From: Eledone cirrhosa
Lineage: Eukaryota
Length of the DNA stretch: 64,000 nt
Assembly (NCBI GenBank): GCA_964016885.1
Contig: OZ024743.1
Location: forward strand, 317,502,001 to 317,566,000
Direction: 5' to 3'
Below are positions 1 to 13,626 of this stretch, piece after piece. Position 1 is the stretch's first letter; each line of letters opens with the position of its first letter. A program made the position numbers and the translations under genes. The notes under the pieces were generated by a model that had not been told where the DNA came from, did no database searches, and was given only the letters and a program-made list of their open reading frames with translations.

Positions 1-1755
1 CTGATTTCCTATTTAGTAGGCTAAGGTTAGAGTGAATAATATTTTTAGACTCGAGGATGCAAAGGTTACAAAATTTGTTAGGTGGTCTATATGAAGGGGC
101 CTTAGCTATCACTTCCCATTTTAAGGTGTATGGTATGTTACTTGATTTTAATGAGTGTATGTATGTGGATAGTGAGGTTACGTTGCTAAGTTTAGGATTT
201 CTGAACGAATGAAGGTGTGAATTATATCTGGTCTTAAAGCTATTCGATGTTGAGCCTATATATACTTTCGAGATGTGATTAGCGGTTACAGTACCGGAGT
301 AGACAATGTATTTAATTAGGCAGTTATTATTTAATAGGCATGTCTTGTTAGGCCTACAATTACAAATGTTTTGGTAACTAATACTGGTTAAGGGGTATGC
401 ATTTGAGTGGTTGTTTCTGTTTCTACTTCTAGTATTATGATTATGGTGAGTATTATTATTATTGGTATTATTAGTGTGATTTGCTGTATGGTCTTGTACT
501 GTCTTATTGTTCAGGTTATCTCTATGCTGGACATTATTACTTTGGTGTAATTTGAAGTACTTTTTAATCTTTCTCTTGTAGGTGCTGGCTATATGGTCTG
601 CTATGTTAGGTGTGGTGGAGTAGGATATTTTAATTGTGTTTTTGTTAAATAGGTTGTGGTATTTATGGTTAGTTGGGAAGTTTTTGTCTAGAGTAGAGAA
701 GAAAGCTTTAGGTATGTTTGTTGATACATTTAAGTTGAACGGAGGGTTAAAAAGTGTTACTTCTTCTATTCTTCTTATGGTTGTTATTCATACTACTGTT
801 TAGTGTGGTGTTAGGTTCTTTTTTATCTATATTTTTCTTTCTGAGGTGTTTCTTAGGATTATTGCTGTGGTGTGATTTAGCTTTTTTTATGGTGCCCTTT
901 GTATAGGAGTTAGGATTTTCAATACTATGATCATATTTACTTTTATTCATGACCATGTTGTGTGAAATTATATTAGATTGTCTATGGGTAGTTGACGATT
1001 TAGGTTTAAATTTAATTTTATCTCTATGGCCGGAACGGGCTAAGGCTTCATTATAGTATTGGGAGTTATGATTAAATGTATTCTCGTTGTAAGAAAGGCT
1101 AGAGATTCTATTAGATACCCCTTTAATGATTGAGGTCAGTACAGATTTAGGGTGGTTAGAGTTGGTATTTTCATTAGGTTTATGATAAGGTGTGTGTATT
1201 TTAGAGTCTAAGTAGAGAGTGACGTCCAGGAAGTTAACATTTTTGGTGTTTTAATCTAAAGTGATACTCAAGTTATAATTTTTAAATATTTTATGTAATT
1301 GTTTTCTAGTTTATATTGAACTTTTTATAGTCTAAGAGGAAAAGTGCGTCGTCTCGGTAGAGGCCACTGTTGAGGTAAGGTAGGTTCTTGTGTATTTCGT
1401 TTAAGAGAAATAGACCGAGTAAGTCGATTTCTTGTGCCGAGTCACTAGATCCCATAGTGATATCGAAGTTGTTGGGTGTATTCTTGCAGGTCCATAGCTG
1501 GTCTTCAAATTTAATTATTGTTTTCCTGGCCGCAAGGATTATATCCACCTGAAATCTAGTTAGTTCACTATTGTTCATGGCCATTATTAATGCTTTATTT
1601 AGGAGGATAGGTGAAATAGAGGTGTAGTAGGAGTTTATATCAAATTGGATGAATTTATTATTATTATTTTCATTAATACCATTAAACCATTCGATTATTT
1701 CACTAGTGTTTCTCCAGAGGTATCTCGGCTCTGTAAAACACTTGAAAATTCGCAT
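1..1755 (-). mobile_element. Degenerate Penelope-like element (Naiad-like), RT + GIY-YIG, 5'-truncated, runs off left edge
   Basis: ORF 1306-1755 has FIQFDINSYY, FDITMGSSDSA, GLYRDD. Minus strand ~150-370 reads CNCRPNKTCLLNNNCL..IVYSGTV..VYIGSTSNSFKTRY (GIY-YIG). Stops and frameshifts present. Confidence 0.85.
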
Positions 1756-1869
1756 TCAGCCTTTTGTCATGCCGGTAACCGGCTAGTACTTAGTACTACC
1801 CAACATATTTATAGCTATATCAAACATATATAAATATAAATATTCTTGTTACTATATATATATATATAG

Positions 1870-2078
1870 TAATAAGAATATATATAACAAAGGAATTGTA
1901 GTAAGGAACCAGATGGACCATAACGCACCAGAGTTCTTAATACTTAGGGTAGTAGAGTGGGAAATACGAAAAAGTATGACCCTGACGGCAGAGCTCAAGC
2001 CATTTCGACGGCTATTTCTGGTCTAGAAATACCCGTCGAAACGGCTTGAGCTCTGCCGTCGGGGTCATACTTTTTCCT
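1870..2078. repeat. Fold-back of a pLTR-like 3' fragment containing the 3' half of a hammerhead
   Basis: ~55-bp inverted arms around 2020; GAAACGGC..GCCGTC stem III motif; related copy at 12368-12517. Confidence 0.6.
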
Positions 2079-2098
2079 ATATATATATATATATATAA

Positions 2099-5000
2099 AT
2101 CAGGAAAGAAGAGTGACACGGTTTGCTATACAAAAAAGGTTTTTAATCTCATTACTGACAATTGTTTCTCTGAACTGGTAAGTCTAGAGATCGCTACCCG
2201 CTTATTTTCACGTTATTCGATCACCAATACAAAGTTATAACCAGTCAATTCATCGGAGCTTGTGAGAATGAAAAGAATATACAGGCATGGCTACTATATA
2301 TAGTAGTAATGGCATTCAATCAGAACAATACTAACAATGCTAGCAATAAATTATTTGAAATAATCACAACATCAATCTAGGTGGGAAGTATAGTATATCT
2401 ACGATTTTAGCGTGTAAAACTAGCTGACATGAGGCAGATGTATAAAATTGACATGTAAAAGCTGTCATGGGGTGTGTTATATCTAGTGTAAAGATAAGCC
2501 GGTGTCTTTAAACAATATAGGTTTGGCGGCCGTAAGAATCGTTTATTATCTGACAGATGAAGAATTTATCACTGTAGTGAGATTTGTGTGGTCTATAATA
2601 GATGAAAGAATTGTCTAGCTTTCTCATCATCAATAACATACATGTATAAGACAACATTAACAGAGTAGCAATATAATGGGCAAGTTAATACAGAGGTTAA
2701 GGAGGCAATATATATATATACACATACATGCACACAAACATATATATATATATATATATATATACATACACATATATACATACATATAAAGAGAAAACAT
2801 GCTGACTATAATTATAACAAGAGGAATGTAAAGTTCTGTTGTAGTAGTATTTTGAAATGTTCTCAGATTTAGGTTCAAGTGCTGACAGCAGCTGAGAAGA
2901 GATATGCTTATGGGTTGATGAGGTACTTACAGACATTAGTGTGGTATAGAACTAAGAAGGCTAGAATGTACTTAATGATTATATTTCTGTGGTGGTTCGT
3001 GCAGTGTAGTGGGTATCCTAAGTTGAAAGCTAGGTTATGTCGGTTCGATTCATGGAGGTTTAAATCTTGTGAATTTAGTGCCGATCCTGTATCTGCAGAA
3101 GATAGATCTTTCTAACTTGTTGTTAAGTAGTTTTTTTAACATTTCTAAGGATATACAGTAATTATAGATCACATAGCTTACAGTGGGACATACCGGTACT
3201 GTAGGTCTTTGCGGCCGACAACCTCGACCAGTTGATACTGTAGTTGGTGTTGTTGTCCTTAAGTTCCCAGATTTTTTTGGCGAGTGTTGTAGAACCCATA
3301 AGTGCGCAATTTTTCATCGAGTGTCTGTGCACATACCATCTTTTTTTAAAAGTACCCGCGGTGGATCCAATGTAATGCCAAGTGGAGTTGTCTGAGTTGA
3401 CCGTACACATGTACACTAGGCTCGAATCGAGGCATCTGTTCGCCAATGGGCACCTATCCGGTAGGTGACAGTTACAGTTTGAGGTGTTATTTCGTGTAGC
3501 TTCTACACTGCTGTTTTGTACACTGCTATAAGTGGGTTGTGATTCATGCCCGTTCGGGTTTTGCTGCTGCGTGCTTGTATGCGCTTGCGGTTGTGATACT
3601 GTGATGTGTTTATGCTTATAATTTGGTGCTATGTTGCGCATAGGTGGGGCGGATTCCCTAGAGATATTTCTGTGGTTGATCTTGCGTATGTGCGATTCTA
3701 TATTTGCTGACGTAGAGTATGAGAGTTTTATAGTGTTTCTATTGAGTATTTTATGATATCTGTGTGAAATAGGGAAGTGTTTATCTATTGAAGTGTTTAT
3801 CTAGAATGTAGAAGGCAACCTGGTTTTTACAGAGGAGTTGAAGATTGGGTTGAACCATAGATATTTTCTTTCTCTGATTCTTCTATTGCTTCTAGGGTTT
3901 ACATTATTAGCGTTTGGCCCGCTTACTCTAGGTGCTACGTACCTAACCCTATGTTACCTCTATTTTCGTGTGAGCGGTGGGTGTAATTGCTATTAGGTTG
4001 TTTAAGTTGTCTTTATTCGCTATATACTGCAGTTTATCTTTATGTCCAGCCCTATGTAATGCTGCGTTATAATAGTTAGCATGTTCATTAAAAATTTCTA
4101 AGGGATATACTACGTTCTATGGATCTGATTATGGATTTGGGGTGGTTTGAGTTATAACTAATGTAGGCCAGATTTTCATTATTTTTGTGGAAAGGTTCTA
4201 TTAATCCCGTATTTAGCTTTAGAGTCACATCTAGAAAGTTTACCTTCTTATGGTTCAGTTCGTAGGTAATACTTAGGCCTAGTTTTTTTAAGAATGTTCT
4301 AATGTTTTTTCTGGACATAAAGATAAACTGCAGTAAATAGCGAACAAAGACAACTTAAACAAACCTAATAGCAATTACACCAACCGCTCACACAAAAATA
4401 GAGGTAACAGGACTAGACATAGGGTTAGGCACGTAGCACCTAGTGTAATCGGTCCAAACACTAATAATGTAAACCCTAGAAACAATAGAAGAATCAGAGA
4501 AAGAAAATACCTATGGTTCAACCCAATCTTCAACTCCTCTGTAAAAACCATGCTGCCTTCTACATTCTTTAAACTAATAGATAAACACTTCCCTATTTCA
4601 CACAGATATCATAAAATACTCAATAGAAACACTATAAAACTCTCATACTCTACGGCAGCAAATATAGAATCGCACATACGCAAGATCAACCACAAAAATA
4701 TCTCTAGGGAATCTGCCCCACCTATGCGCAACATCGAGCCTAGTGTACATGTGTACGGTCAACTCAGACAACTCCACTTGGCATTACATTGGAACCACCG
4801 TGGGTACTTTTAAAAAAAGATGGTATATGCACAGACACTCGATGAAAAATTGTGCACTTATGGGTTCTACAACCCTCGCCAAAAAAATTAGGTAACTTAA
4901 GGACAACAACATCAACTACAGTATCAACTAGTCGAGGTTGTCGGCCGCAAAGACCTACAGTACCAGTATGTCCCACTGTAGGCTATGTGATCTATAATTA

Positions 5001-6056
5001 CTGTATATCCTTAGAAATGTAAAAAGGCTACTTAACAACAAGTTAGAAAGATCTATCTTCTGCAGACACAGGATCGCCACTAAATTCACAAGATTTAAGC
5101 CTCCGTGAATCGAACCGACGTAACCTAGCTTTCAACTTAGGATACCCACTACACTGCACGAACCACCACAGAAATATAATCATTAAGTACATTCTAGCCT
5201 TCTTAGTTCTATACCACACTAATGTCTGTAAGTACCTCATCAACCCATAAGCATATCTCTTCTCAGCTGCTGTCAGCAATTGAACCTAAATCCAAGAACA
5301 TTTCAAAATACTACTACAACAGAACTTTACATTCCTCCTGTTATTATTATAGTCAGCATGTTTTCTCTTTATATGTATGTATATATGTGTATGTATATAT
5401 ATATATATGTTTGTGTGCATGTATGTGTATATATATATATTGCCTCCTTAACCTCTGTATTAACTTGCCCATTATATTGCTACTCTGTTAATGTTGTCTT
5501 ATACATGTATGTTATTGATGATGAGAAAGCTAGACAATTCTTTCATCTATTATAGACCACACAAATCTCACTACAGTGATAAATTCTTCATCTGTCAGAT
5601 AATAAACGATTCTTACGGCCGCCAAACCTATATTGTTTAAAGACACCGGCTTATCTTTACACTAGATATAACACACCCCATGACAGCTTTTACATGTCAA
5701 TTTTATACATCTGCCTCATGTCAGCTAGTTTTACAAGCTAAAATCGTAGATATACTATACTTCCCACCTAGATTGATGTTGTGATTATTTCAAATAATTT
5801 ATTGCTAGCATTGTTAGTATTGTTGTTATTGTTCTGATTGAATGCCATTACTACTATATATAGTAGCCATGCCTGTATATTCTTTTCATTCTCACAAGCT
5901 CCGATGAATTGACTGGTTATAACTTTGTATTGGGGATCGAATAACGTGAAAATAAGCGGGTAGCGATCTCTAGACTTACCAGTTCAGAGAAACAATTGTC
6001 AGTAATGAGATTAAAAACCTTTTTTGTATAGCAAACCGTGTCACTCTTCTTTCTTG
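2099..6056. mobile_element. Divergent inverted dimer of a Naiad-like PLE 3' half (left arm minus ~2099-4316, right arm plus ~4317-6056)
   Basis: GIY-YIG ORF 3162-3641 (CNCHLPDRCPL..VYMCTV..HYIGST); arms share ~1 kb of 3' UTR in opposite orientation; same family as 15709-18840. Confidence 0.9.
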
Positions 6057-6229
6057 ATATATCATTACTGCAAGTGTTTGCAACATAGGAATTACAGCGT
6101 ACTCGCAGCATCACTATGGAAACGCCTTGTTGAGTCAAACTTAGCCATGCGTTGGTATCATCCACTACCCTGAGTACCATAACTGTACTACACTTAAGTG
6201 GACTACCTATAACAATAATTTGTTACCCC

Positions 6230-6270
<41 letters not shown>

Positions 6271-6273
<3 letters not shown>

Positions 6274-6928
6274 AATTAGTATATCTACCAACATATTTAT
6301 ACAGATGTATACTTACGCTAGCAAAGATATATGTTTTGTCCTAGTAACTTTGTGGTTCAATACAAAGAGATGTAGAACAATTATATAAAAGACGTAAAAT
6401 AAGAAAATTAACTTACTTACTTAAATTTCACTCCAACTAATTAGTTTCTGAAAGGGGTTATACATAGTCTTCAAATGGAGACCATGGAGAATCCTTTCTT
6501 CCTCAGGGAGTCATTCTCGGTTAAGATTCCTTGCAATACGCGGACACAGGGAACTTATACAAAAATAATTCAATGGATGGAAAAAAGCAAGCGCGGACTA
6601 AATTCCAAGACACTGAAAATTTTCCTGCCTTCCTGGTCAGTGGCAAATTCAAAAGAATCAATCACGTGACATCGAGGTTAATCAGTGAGGACTGGGGTGT
6701 TAAAAAGACAGTAGCTAACTAATACTATGAACCATAGTAGTAATTTAGGCAAATTTTTGCTCAACAAAATAATTTGGAGATAATTATAAAGAATTAGTAT
6801 ATCTACCAACATATTTATACAGATGTATACTTACGCTAGCAAAGATATAGGTTTTGTCTTAGTAACTTTGTGGTTCAATACAAAGAGATGTAGAACAATT
6901 ATATAAAAGACGTAAAATAAGAAAATTA
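6271..6928 (-). mobile_element. Retrozyme-like ~520-531 bp family, ~1.25 units
   Basis: AAGAATTAGTATATCTACC repeated at 6271 and 6789; homologous to 19561-20038 and 36175-37370; non-coding; carries a hammerhead. Confidence 0.75.
6430..6511 (-). ncRNA. Type I hammerhead ribozyme
   Basis: Minus strand: ACTCC-CTGAGGA-[stem II]-GAAAC-TAATTA-GTT-GGAGT. Confidence 0.7.
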
Positions 6929-6944
6929 TAGTAATTAATTAACT

Positions 6945-7800
6945 TAAACGGTCGGCACACATCTCCTCCTAAACCGTACGTTCAAATTTCGGTGAAATTG
7001 CTACACTTATAGATGAAGGTCCGGCGGAGACATCGGCCAAAACATTTTCAAATCGACCCACGCCAAGTGCAAAAATCGAATTAGTAATGTATTGATTTTT
7101 CAGTTCAAATGTATAAATAGAGACGAGAGACGAGTTATTTCCCTTTTATGACGTCATTCTGCTTATCTATTTACGTTACGAATAAACGACGCGTGCAAAA
7201 GTACACGAACAACTTTCGGGCCAGCAAAATTTTAACCTGCAAAATTCATGAGTTCGAAATTTCAGCATTAAGCTTCCATTTTGCTTCATTTCCATTAAAA
7301 AGTCTTTTAAAACAATATTTTTACTTGAAAACAAGCCTATTTGAATACACCGTAAAACAAGCAAATATTTTGTAAAAAAAAGCATTGAACTCGAATAAAG
7401 CCTTATGAGATTTTCATTTAGAAGCAATGATTTTAAACGAGACAGATAACGCATTTTTGTTTTGTTTTTCATGTCCATTCAATTTCTTTGTTTCCAAATA
7501 ACTGATAGTTTGGTTACGCTGATGTTTTTCTCCGAGACAAGTGTTGCAGTGTTTACATTTTCGATTTTTGTTAATAGATTACCAGTGCAGTTTTTATCCC
7601 CAGCATCCTCTTTTGTTTTAACATTCGAGTTATGGTTATGTTTTCTTAACTTCATAAGGCATACTCTTGGTTGAGGGAATATTAATCAAAAGTACCACAT
7701 GAAAGTCTACACTGTAGACTCTACAGTTTTTAAGCCAAGAAAGGAACTTAACATTGTAACTTTAACACAACCACCGAGCAATGCAGGGCTTTACTGCTAG
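6945..7800 (+). mobile_element. Non-autonomous Helitron-like element (5' end uncertain)
   Basis: 3' end CCGAGCAATGCAGGGC..CTAG|T resembles the Helitron-type end at 57403-57430. Confidence 0.45.
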
Positions 7801-8219
7801 TTAGAGATTAAAATGTTTCAAGTATTACGGATCAAATTATACAATATATTGGATATATAGCAGGGGAAGCAGATGTTAAACAACAATGACAGTGATGATG
7901 ATGATGATATCTAAGATCAAAGAAAAACTTGAGATAAAAGTCTTCAAGGAGATCAACAAAAAGATAAAATAGTCAATTGTCTGGCTCAGGTCGACAATCA
8001 GATAAAATAGTGAGTTGAGTTGATCAGGTCAAAATTGAAAATAAACTTGACAAAAGCAACTTAAAAACAAAATATCATGTTAGGGTGTGTAATTAGAATA
8101 CAACCTTTGTTTATTTCTGCTTGGTTAAATACAACACTGTCAAGTTTGTTGTCCAATCTAATGTTTTAAGTCTGTTGTATTTGTATAGGAAAGGAATTTA
8201 ATACATTTCTTTGGTGTAA

Positions 8220-8723
8220 CTCTTTAGCATTAAAATCGGCCATATCCGGACAGAATTCTCTCACCTCTTTCAGTTCAAACTAGCCATAACTGGCCACTCA
8301 AACTGATGTTAAGGTATTGTTCTCAAAATAAATAATATAAAAATCTCATAGATTCGATATTATGTGAGATAAAGCCTTTACTGTGAAAATACAATAGTAA
8401 ATATAGAGTAATGTAAATGTTAACGGCTTAACTAAAATTTTAGCCATACATATAAATATATTCAGCGAATAACTGTTAAAGTAAAGTGTTAATGTGTTAG
8501 AGCACAAGTAGGTTAACCCTTTAGCATTTAGACCGGCTGTATCCGGCCAGAATTCTCTCACCCCTTCTGGTCAAACCAGCTGTAACTGTCCAATCATACT
8601 GATGTTAAGGTATTGTTCTCAAAATAAATAATATCAAAATCTCATAGATTCTATATTATGTGAGGTAAAGCCTTTACTATGAAAATATAATAGTATATAT
8701 AGAGTAATGTAAATGCTAAAGAG
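8220..8723. mobile_element. Two ~207-bp piggyBac-type MITE copies (8220-8427, 8517-8723)
   Basis: Second copy TTAA|CCCTTTAGCATTTA...TAAATGCTAAAGAG|TTAA; first copy is a diverged direct repeat. Confidence 0.75.
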
Positions 8724-9047
8724 TTAAGATACAAAATCGACAACACTATGTTGTTTGGGGTATTTCTTTTTTTATTGCTTATGTGAAAGAGTATCTTTTA
8801 ATTCTTTTATTAGTTTCGAGCATTAGACTGTGGCTATGCTTTAATTAGTCGATCATGTCAACCTTGATATATATTTTTCAAGTCTGGTACTTATCTCCTT
8901 GATCTCTTTTTGTTGAACTGCTAAGTTACAGGACATAAACACAGACACAAACGTAAACACAAACATGAACACATAAATACACCTGTTATCTTATCACTTA
9001 TACTTGAATGTATATTTCCATATAACATTTTTGTTTTTGCTCAAAAG

Positions 9048-9242
9048 GGTCAGTCACTTCATGGTCTCAGCCAACAGGATGGAGAAGACATTGCCCAGGA
9101 GGATGGTAATGGAGACACACCGGAACAGCCACTCCACTCCGATAGCAGTGAGCATGGATGTGGCCTTAGTGCCCAGAATACCGGAAGTCTCCACTGTCAC
9201 AGGCTCAGCTACAAATCTATCAGAGAGCAGCCAATATTTTGA
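9048..9242 (+). CDS. Candidate terminal coding exon of an unidentified host gene
   Basis: Polypyrimidine tract + AG at 9046-47; GC-richer island; open frame GQSLHGLSQQDGEDIAQEDG...REQPIF then TGA; AATAAA near 9326. Confidence 0.4.
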   Translation, partial: GQSLHGLSQQDGEDIAQEDGNGDTPEQPLHSDSSEHGCGLSAQNTGSLHCHRLSYKSIREQPIF

Positions 9243-9495
9243 CAGTTTGCTCTCTTCACCTGGCAGGCAGCATTTTTTTTATTTCTGTTGTGATCACCTC
9301 TAAAGTTTGCAGTAAATTCTCCACAAATAAACACAAAAACTCTAGTTGTATCTTCTGCTAAACACAATGAAAACTTCCACTTACAACATCGATGCATGTT
9401 GACTTATCCGTATTCACATAATATCTTTCATAAATTGTTATTTGTTTTTTTTTTTAAACGGGAATATGTGCAATTTATTACTATAAACCCAGTTA

Positions 9496-9700
9496 GGGCA
9501 GTGGATTGGCAGTATCGGTAGAGTGTCGGACAACATGCTTTAGAGCGCATAATTACGTCCCTTTACATTCTGAGTTCAAATTCCACCGAGGTTAGCTTTG
9601 TCTTTCATCCTTACAGGGTCGATAAAATAAAGTACCAGTAAAGCACTGCGTTGATCTAATCAACTTTTTCCCTCCTCCCCACTATATTGTTAGCCTAAAT
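9496..9700 (+). mobile_element. tRNA-derived SINE
   Basis: A/B-box-like TGGCAGTATCGG and GAGTTCAAATTCC followed by conserved TTTCATCC..GGGTCGATAAAATAAAGTACCAG domain. Confidence 0.75.
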
Positions 9701-10346
9701 CAAAAACCATTATTTTGAAAACAATTTATATAATGAATATGATTTACAAAAGAAACAAATCTATAGAAATTAATCAAAGAAATTTTTTTTTTTTTTTTAA
9801 ATTAGAGAAGACATACTTATTGAATTATACACTACAACATGGAATGTCGGTGTTTCCGCCTAAAAACAAATTGCTACTTGTTTCTTAACTAGCTACTCAA
9901 CCAAGCAAACCAGCCCCTCTGTTCAATTTATCAAGTAATATATCGTGATGAATGGTAACAAAAGCTTTTATTTCAATCGATAAATACTCCCACTGCATTC
10001 CTTTTATTTATGTCTAAACAATTAGCAATTCTTTTAATTGATTCATCTAATACAAACGAGGTTGATCTGTTTATTTTGAAATCATACTAATTGCCAAGTC
10101 TGTATTGAAATCCTCACAAATAAATAAACATGACCTTTTGGATCTGCAGAGATGTCTAAAGAGTAATCTTATTTACATATAAAAACAATTTATTTCATGA
10201 ATAATATTTACATCAGAAACAAATCAGTTGAGATTAATCAGAGAGAAAAAGAAAGGAAAAAATGCAAAAAGATATACATATGACGGAGTGTTGGTGTTAT
10301 CCTTTCAACATTGTGGCAAGCCAAGAAACACGACATTGCCATAGAT

Positions 10347-10921
10347 CAGCAGTCACCAACCTTTCAGACCCCACGGACCACTAAATTCATAATTTTAAAT
10401 CACGTGGATCACTAATATGAATTTTTAAATAAAGATAAATACATTTGTAAAATAATAGTTTCTACTTTTGGCACAAGGCCAGCAATTATCCCAGTGTATT
10501 ACTGGTACTTTATTTTATCGATCCCGTAAGGATGAATGGCAAAGTTTACCTCGGAGGGATTTGAACTCAGACCGTAAAGGGCCGTAGCTCCATGCTGCAA
10601 AGCATGGCGTCCAGCCCTCCACTGATACTGCCAATCCACTGCCCTTACATTTGTAAAATAATGATCAGAGAACTTCCATTTTATTAAATAATACTGAAAC
10701 ATACGTGTGTCATATTGTTGATAGATGATACATAATTGTAAAAGATTTTCATGGATGTTAGTTCTTTACTGAGGAGAAACATTCTTTAGGGGTGTTATAA
10801 TATATATTTTAACTGAATATTATTTTTGTTTTATTAATTAAACATAAAAATTGCAAATAATGCCCAATTTTTTCTGCGGACCACCAAAGATTTCTCTCAG
10901 ACCACTGGTTGGCGACCGCTG
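10347..10921. mobile_element. hAT (Charlie-like) MITE interrupted by a SINE
   Basis: TIRs CAGCAGTCACCAACC / GGTTGGCGACCGCTG; imperfect 8-bp TSD CCATAGAT/ACAAAGAT. Confidence 0.7.
10457..10645 (-). mobile_element. tRNA-derived SINE with 17-bp TSD
   Basis: Same family as 9496; TSD TACATTTGTAAAATAAT at 10440-10456 and 10646-10662. Confidence 0.8.
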
Positions 10922-10993
10922 ACAAAGATGATAGGAAGAGTAAGAAGTTGGATTAGTGAAGCATCCTAATAAACATCATCTGATACTTTAGAT

Positions 10994-11315
10994 CAGTGGT
11001 TCTCAAACCGTGTGTCGCAGAACATCAGTGCGCCGCAAGATGTAACTAGATGTGCTACAAAAGACTAAGATTAAGTTTTAAGATGTGAAAAATACAAACT
11101 GAAATTTGTATGAAAGTTCCTATATAACTGGCAAAGTGGCTAAAAAGAAAAATTCAGAAACAAGATTTGTGAAAAATAACACAAACGCTAAGTTATGCTA
11201 ATATGTATGAAAAACTCTTTTGAATTAATTTTATAATTTATGGTACAAAGTGTGCCAGCATATATTTGCTTTTCCAAAAATGCTTCATAAGTTTTAAAAT
11301 GTTTGAGAACCACTG
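10994..11315. mobile_element. hAT (Charlie-like) MITE
   Basis: TIRs CAGTGGTTCTCAAAC / GTTTGAGAACCACTG; perfect 8-bp TSD CTTTAGAT. Confidence 0.9.
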
Positions 11316-11494
11316 CTTTAGATGATATTTCAGTTATTTGAATTGTTTTTGCAAACTTTTTTTTTCTATCTTATTCTTAAATATTTTAACACTCGAGAGA
11401 AATGAAGCAACCATGCTTCCTGAGATGTGCAATGTAAATGTTAGAGAAAGGTAGAGCTTGGATGAACTGAGAGAAAAACTGGGTATACGAGGAA

Positions 11495-12133
11495 TCAGAT
11501 GTAGCCATCATAGCCATCACAATGTTGTCCAACATGACCATTTAGGTCACCAGCAATAATTATGTAGTCACTGTCGGTTATTTGGGAGGTACTGAGCATT
11601 AGCGACTCATAGAATCTGTCTTTTGTAACGCCAGGTAGTCCAGATTGGGGTGCATAAGCAGATATTATTGTCACAGTAGTTCTATTTAGGACTAGTCTTA
11701 TTTTAATTATTCTGTCGTTCACTCTATTTACGTCAATTACCTTATCTACCCATTTTTCTGCTAACATAATTCCTACTCTACCCAGCCCATTTTCATTTCC
11801 CACCCAGAAAAGTTTATAGCATTGTTTTTTACCCACAATGAATCTAGCAGACCCACTCCACCACCTAGTCTCTTGAACACAACAAACATCAACTTCCTTA
11901 CGTTCAAGCATCTCTACAACCTCGTTAGAGCGACCTTTTAAAGTGCGTACATTCATGGTACCAACCCTGAAGTTTTGGATTTCGTTTGGTGGGTGGAAGG
12001 GATGGGTTGGAGGCGCAGGGAGGGGTGAGGGAGATGGGGTTATGTTAGCCATCCGTGTCTGAAATAAAGAGGAGTCCTTGCATTCTCGTCTGGCAACATG
12101 AGGTGAATTTATCTTTATCTTTGACATTGTCAT
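11495..12133 (-). mobile_element. RTE-clade LINE 5' fragment (APE endonuclease), joined to a short plus-strand RTE 3' fragment (~11395-11495)
   Basis: VGTMNVRTL, CCVQETRW, IISAYAPQSG, IIAGDLNGHVG motifs. Confidence 0.85.
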
Positions 12134-12367
12134 TGAGTGTCCAGATTCTTCAGACTCTCCAGAATTCTATAGTCCATCTAGCATATCAAAAAGCAACCAG
12201 GTTTAAACTTAAGGAGTGATAGCCGAGGCGGTGGTTTTTGTGAAAGAGATTGGTAAGGGAAACATTATAAGCCACTGAATTATGATTGGACCAAATAGTA
12301 ATGGTTACGTGTGGGGGCGGAAGTTAACGAGAAGATTATTTTTATAAAGGTCCTACATATACGTATA

Positions 12368-12514
12368 TAGAGTTCAAGCCGTTTCGACAGCTATTTCTCA
12401 GAAATACCCGTCAAAACGGTTGAGCTCTGCCGTCGGGGCCCTGAACCTTTTCCTATTACCCACTCTACTATCCAAAGTATCAAGTAGTCCTGGTTCCTTA
12501 CCACACTTCCTTCG

Positions 12515-12517
<3 letters not shown>
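12368..12517. repeat. Second fold-back copy of the 1870-2078 family
   Basis: AGAAATACCCGTC..GAGCTCTGCCGTCGGGG shared; ends in (TA)n. Confidence 0.65.
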
Positions 12518-12597
<80 letters not shown>

Positions 12598-12611
12598 TAT
12601 AATAATATATA

Positions 12612-13050
12612 AGATCAAAAGATGGTTAAAAGAGTTCCATGTATTTTATTATGCGCATTTCAAAAACAAATATCATCATGCAATAACATTTGCAGGGAGA
12701 CATGATATGAAGGTTAAAACACACTTGTGAATAGTGCAGTTTTAAATCAACATATGAAAAGTAGTTTTAGATTGATGTGTGATATTGGGGGAAAAATTGA
12801 GGGGTGGGTGGGTGGAAAGGATGAAAAAGAGGAGGAGATGAGAGTAAAAAGTGGAGGGGGAGGAGTATAATGAGGAAGGATGAGATAGGAGGAGAAATGG
12901 CTGATAGAGAGAGAGAGATAGCTTTTATAACTGAGAAAAATATATTGTTTTACATAGAGAGGTTGAAAAACCGTTGGAAGATAATATATAAATTAAAAGA
13001 ATTTGAAAATTAACGAAAAGAAAAATGTTTAAATAATGTTAAATTACATA
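12612..13050 (-). mobile_element. Diverged solo pLTR/3' UTR of the 55318-59250 PLE family
   Basis: ATCAAAAGATGGTTAAAAGAG..ATGCGCATTTCAAAAAC matches 55320-55380; hammerhead core deleted. Confidence 0.65.
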
Positions 13051-13560
13051 TTATAATTGCTGGGTTTTTACGCCTCGAATATATCTGGCTATTTTTAAAT
13101 TTGTTTCTCTCGCTATTTTTTTTTTTTTTTCCTCTCTCTATATTTTTTCTCTCTCTATATATCTCCCTTACATTAATACTTGAGCTAAATAAATAAATAA
13201 ATAAATAAATGTATCATTGATACATTTATTCAAAATGACCTCCCACTACCTAATTTTCTATATATATATATGTATCTATCTCTATTTCCTCTCTCTCTAT
13301 ATATATATATCTCTTTCTGTTTCTTTACATGAAGTTCTTCGCTTTATCTATCTTTCCATCTCTCTATTTTGTTCCATGCATTTCCTCTTTCTCTTCTTTT
13401 TCTTCCTTTTCTTCGTTTTCTGTCTTTCTTTCTTTTTTCTTTTTTCTCTCTTTCTTTCTCTCTGTGTAAAATTTTTTCACTGCCAGCTTAAACCTCTTCA
13501 AATGAAGTCGGTGTTATAACGGTATGTCGAATCTATTTATCTATAAAACTGTTTATATTG

Positions 13561-13626
13561 TATTTTGTCTGATGAAGGCATAGCATATTGTTAATATGAT
13601 ATCCCCGAAATATATATAATGAAATA
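13561..13626 (+). ncRNA. Type I hammerhead ribozyme in a pLTR-like fragment (~13500-13760)
   Basis: TATTTTGT-CTGATGA-[stem II]-GAAA-TATATA-TA-ATGAAATA; 8-bp stem I; homologous to 32530-32594. Confidence 0.75.

Noticed and set aside
5985-6010. GAAAC-AATT-GTC hammerhead 3' half in the 2099-6056 / 15709 pLTR
   Set aside because: No convincing CUGANGA adjacent to a matching stem I upstream
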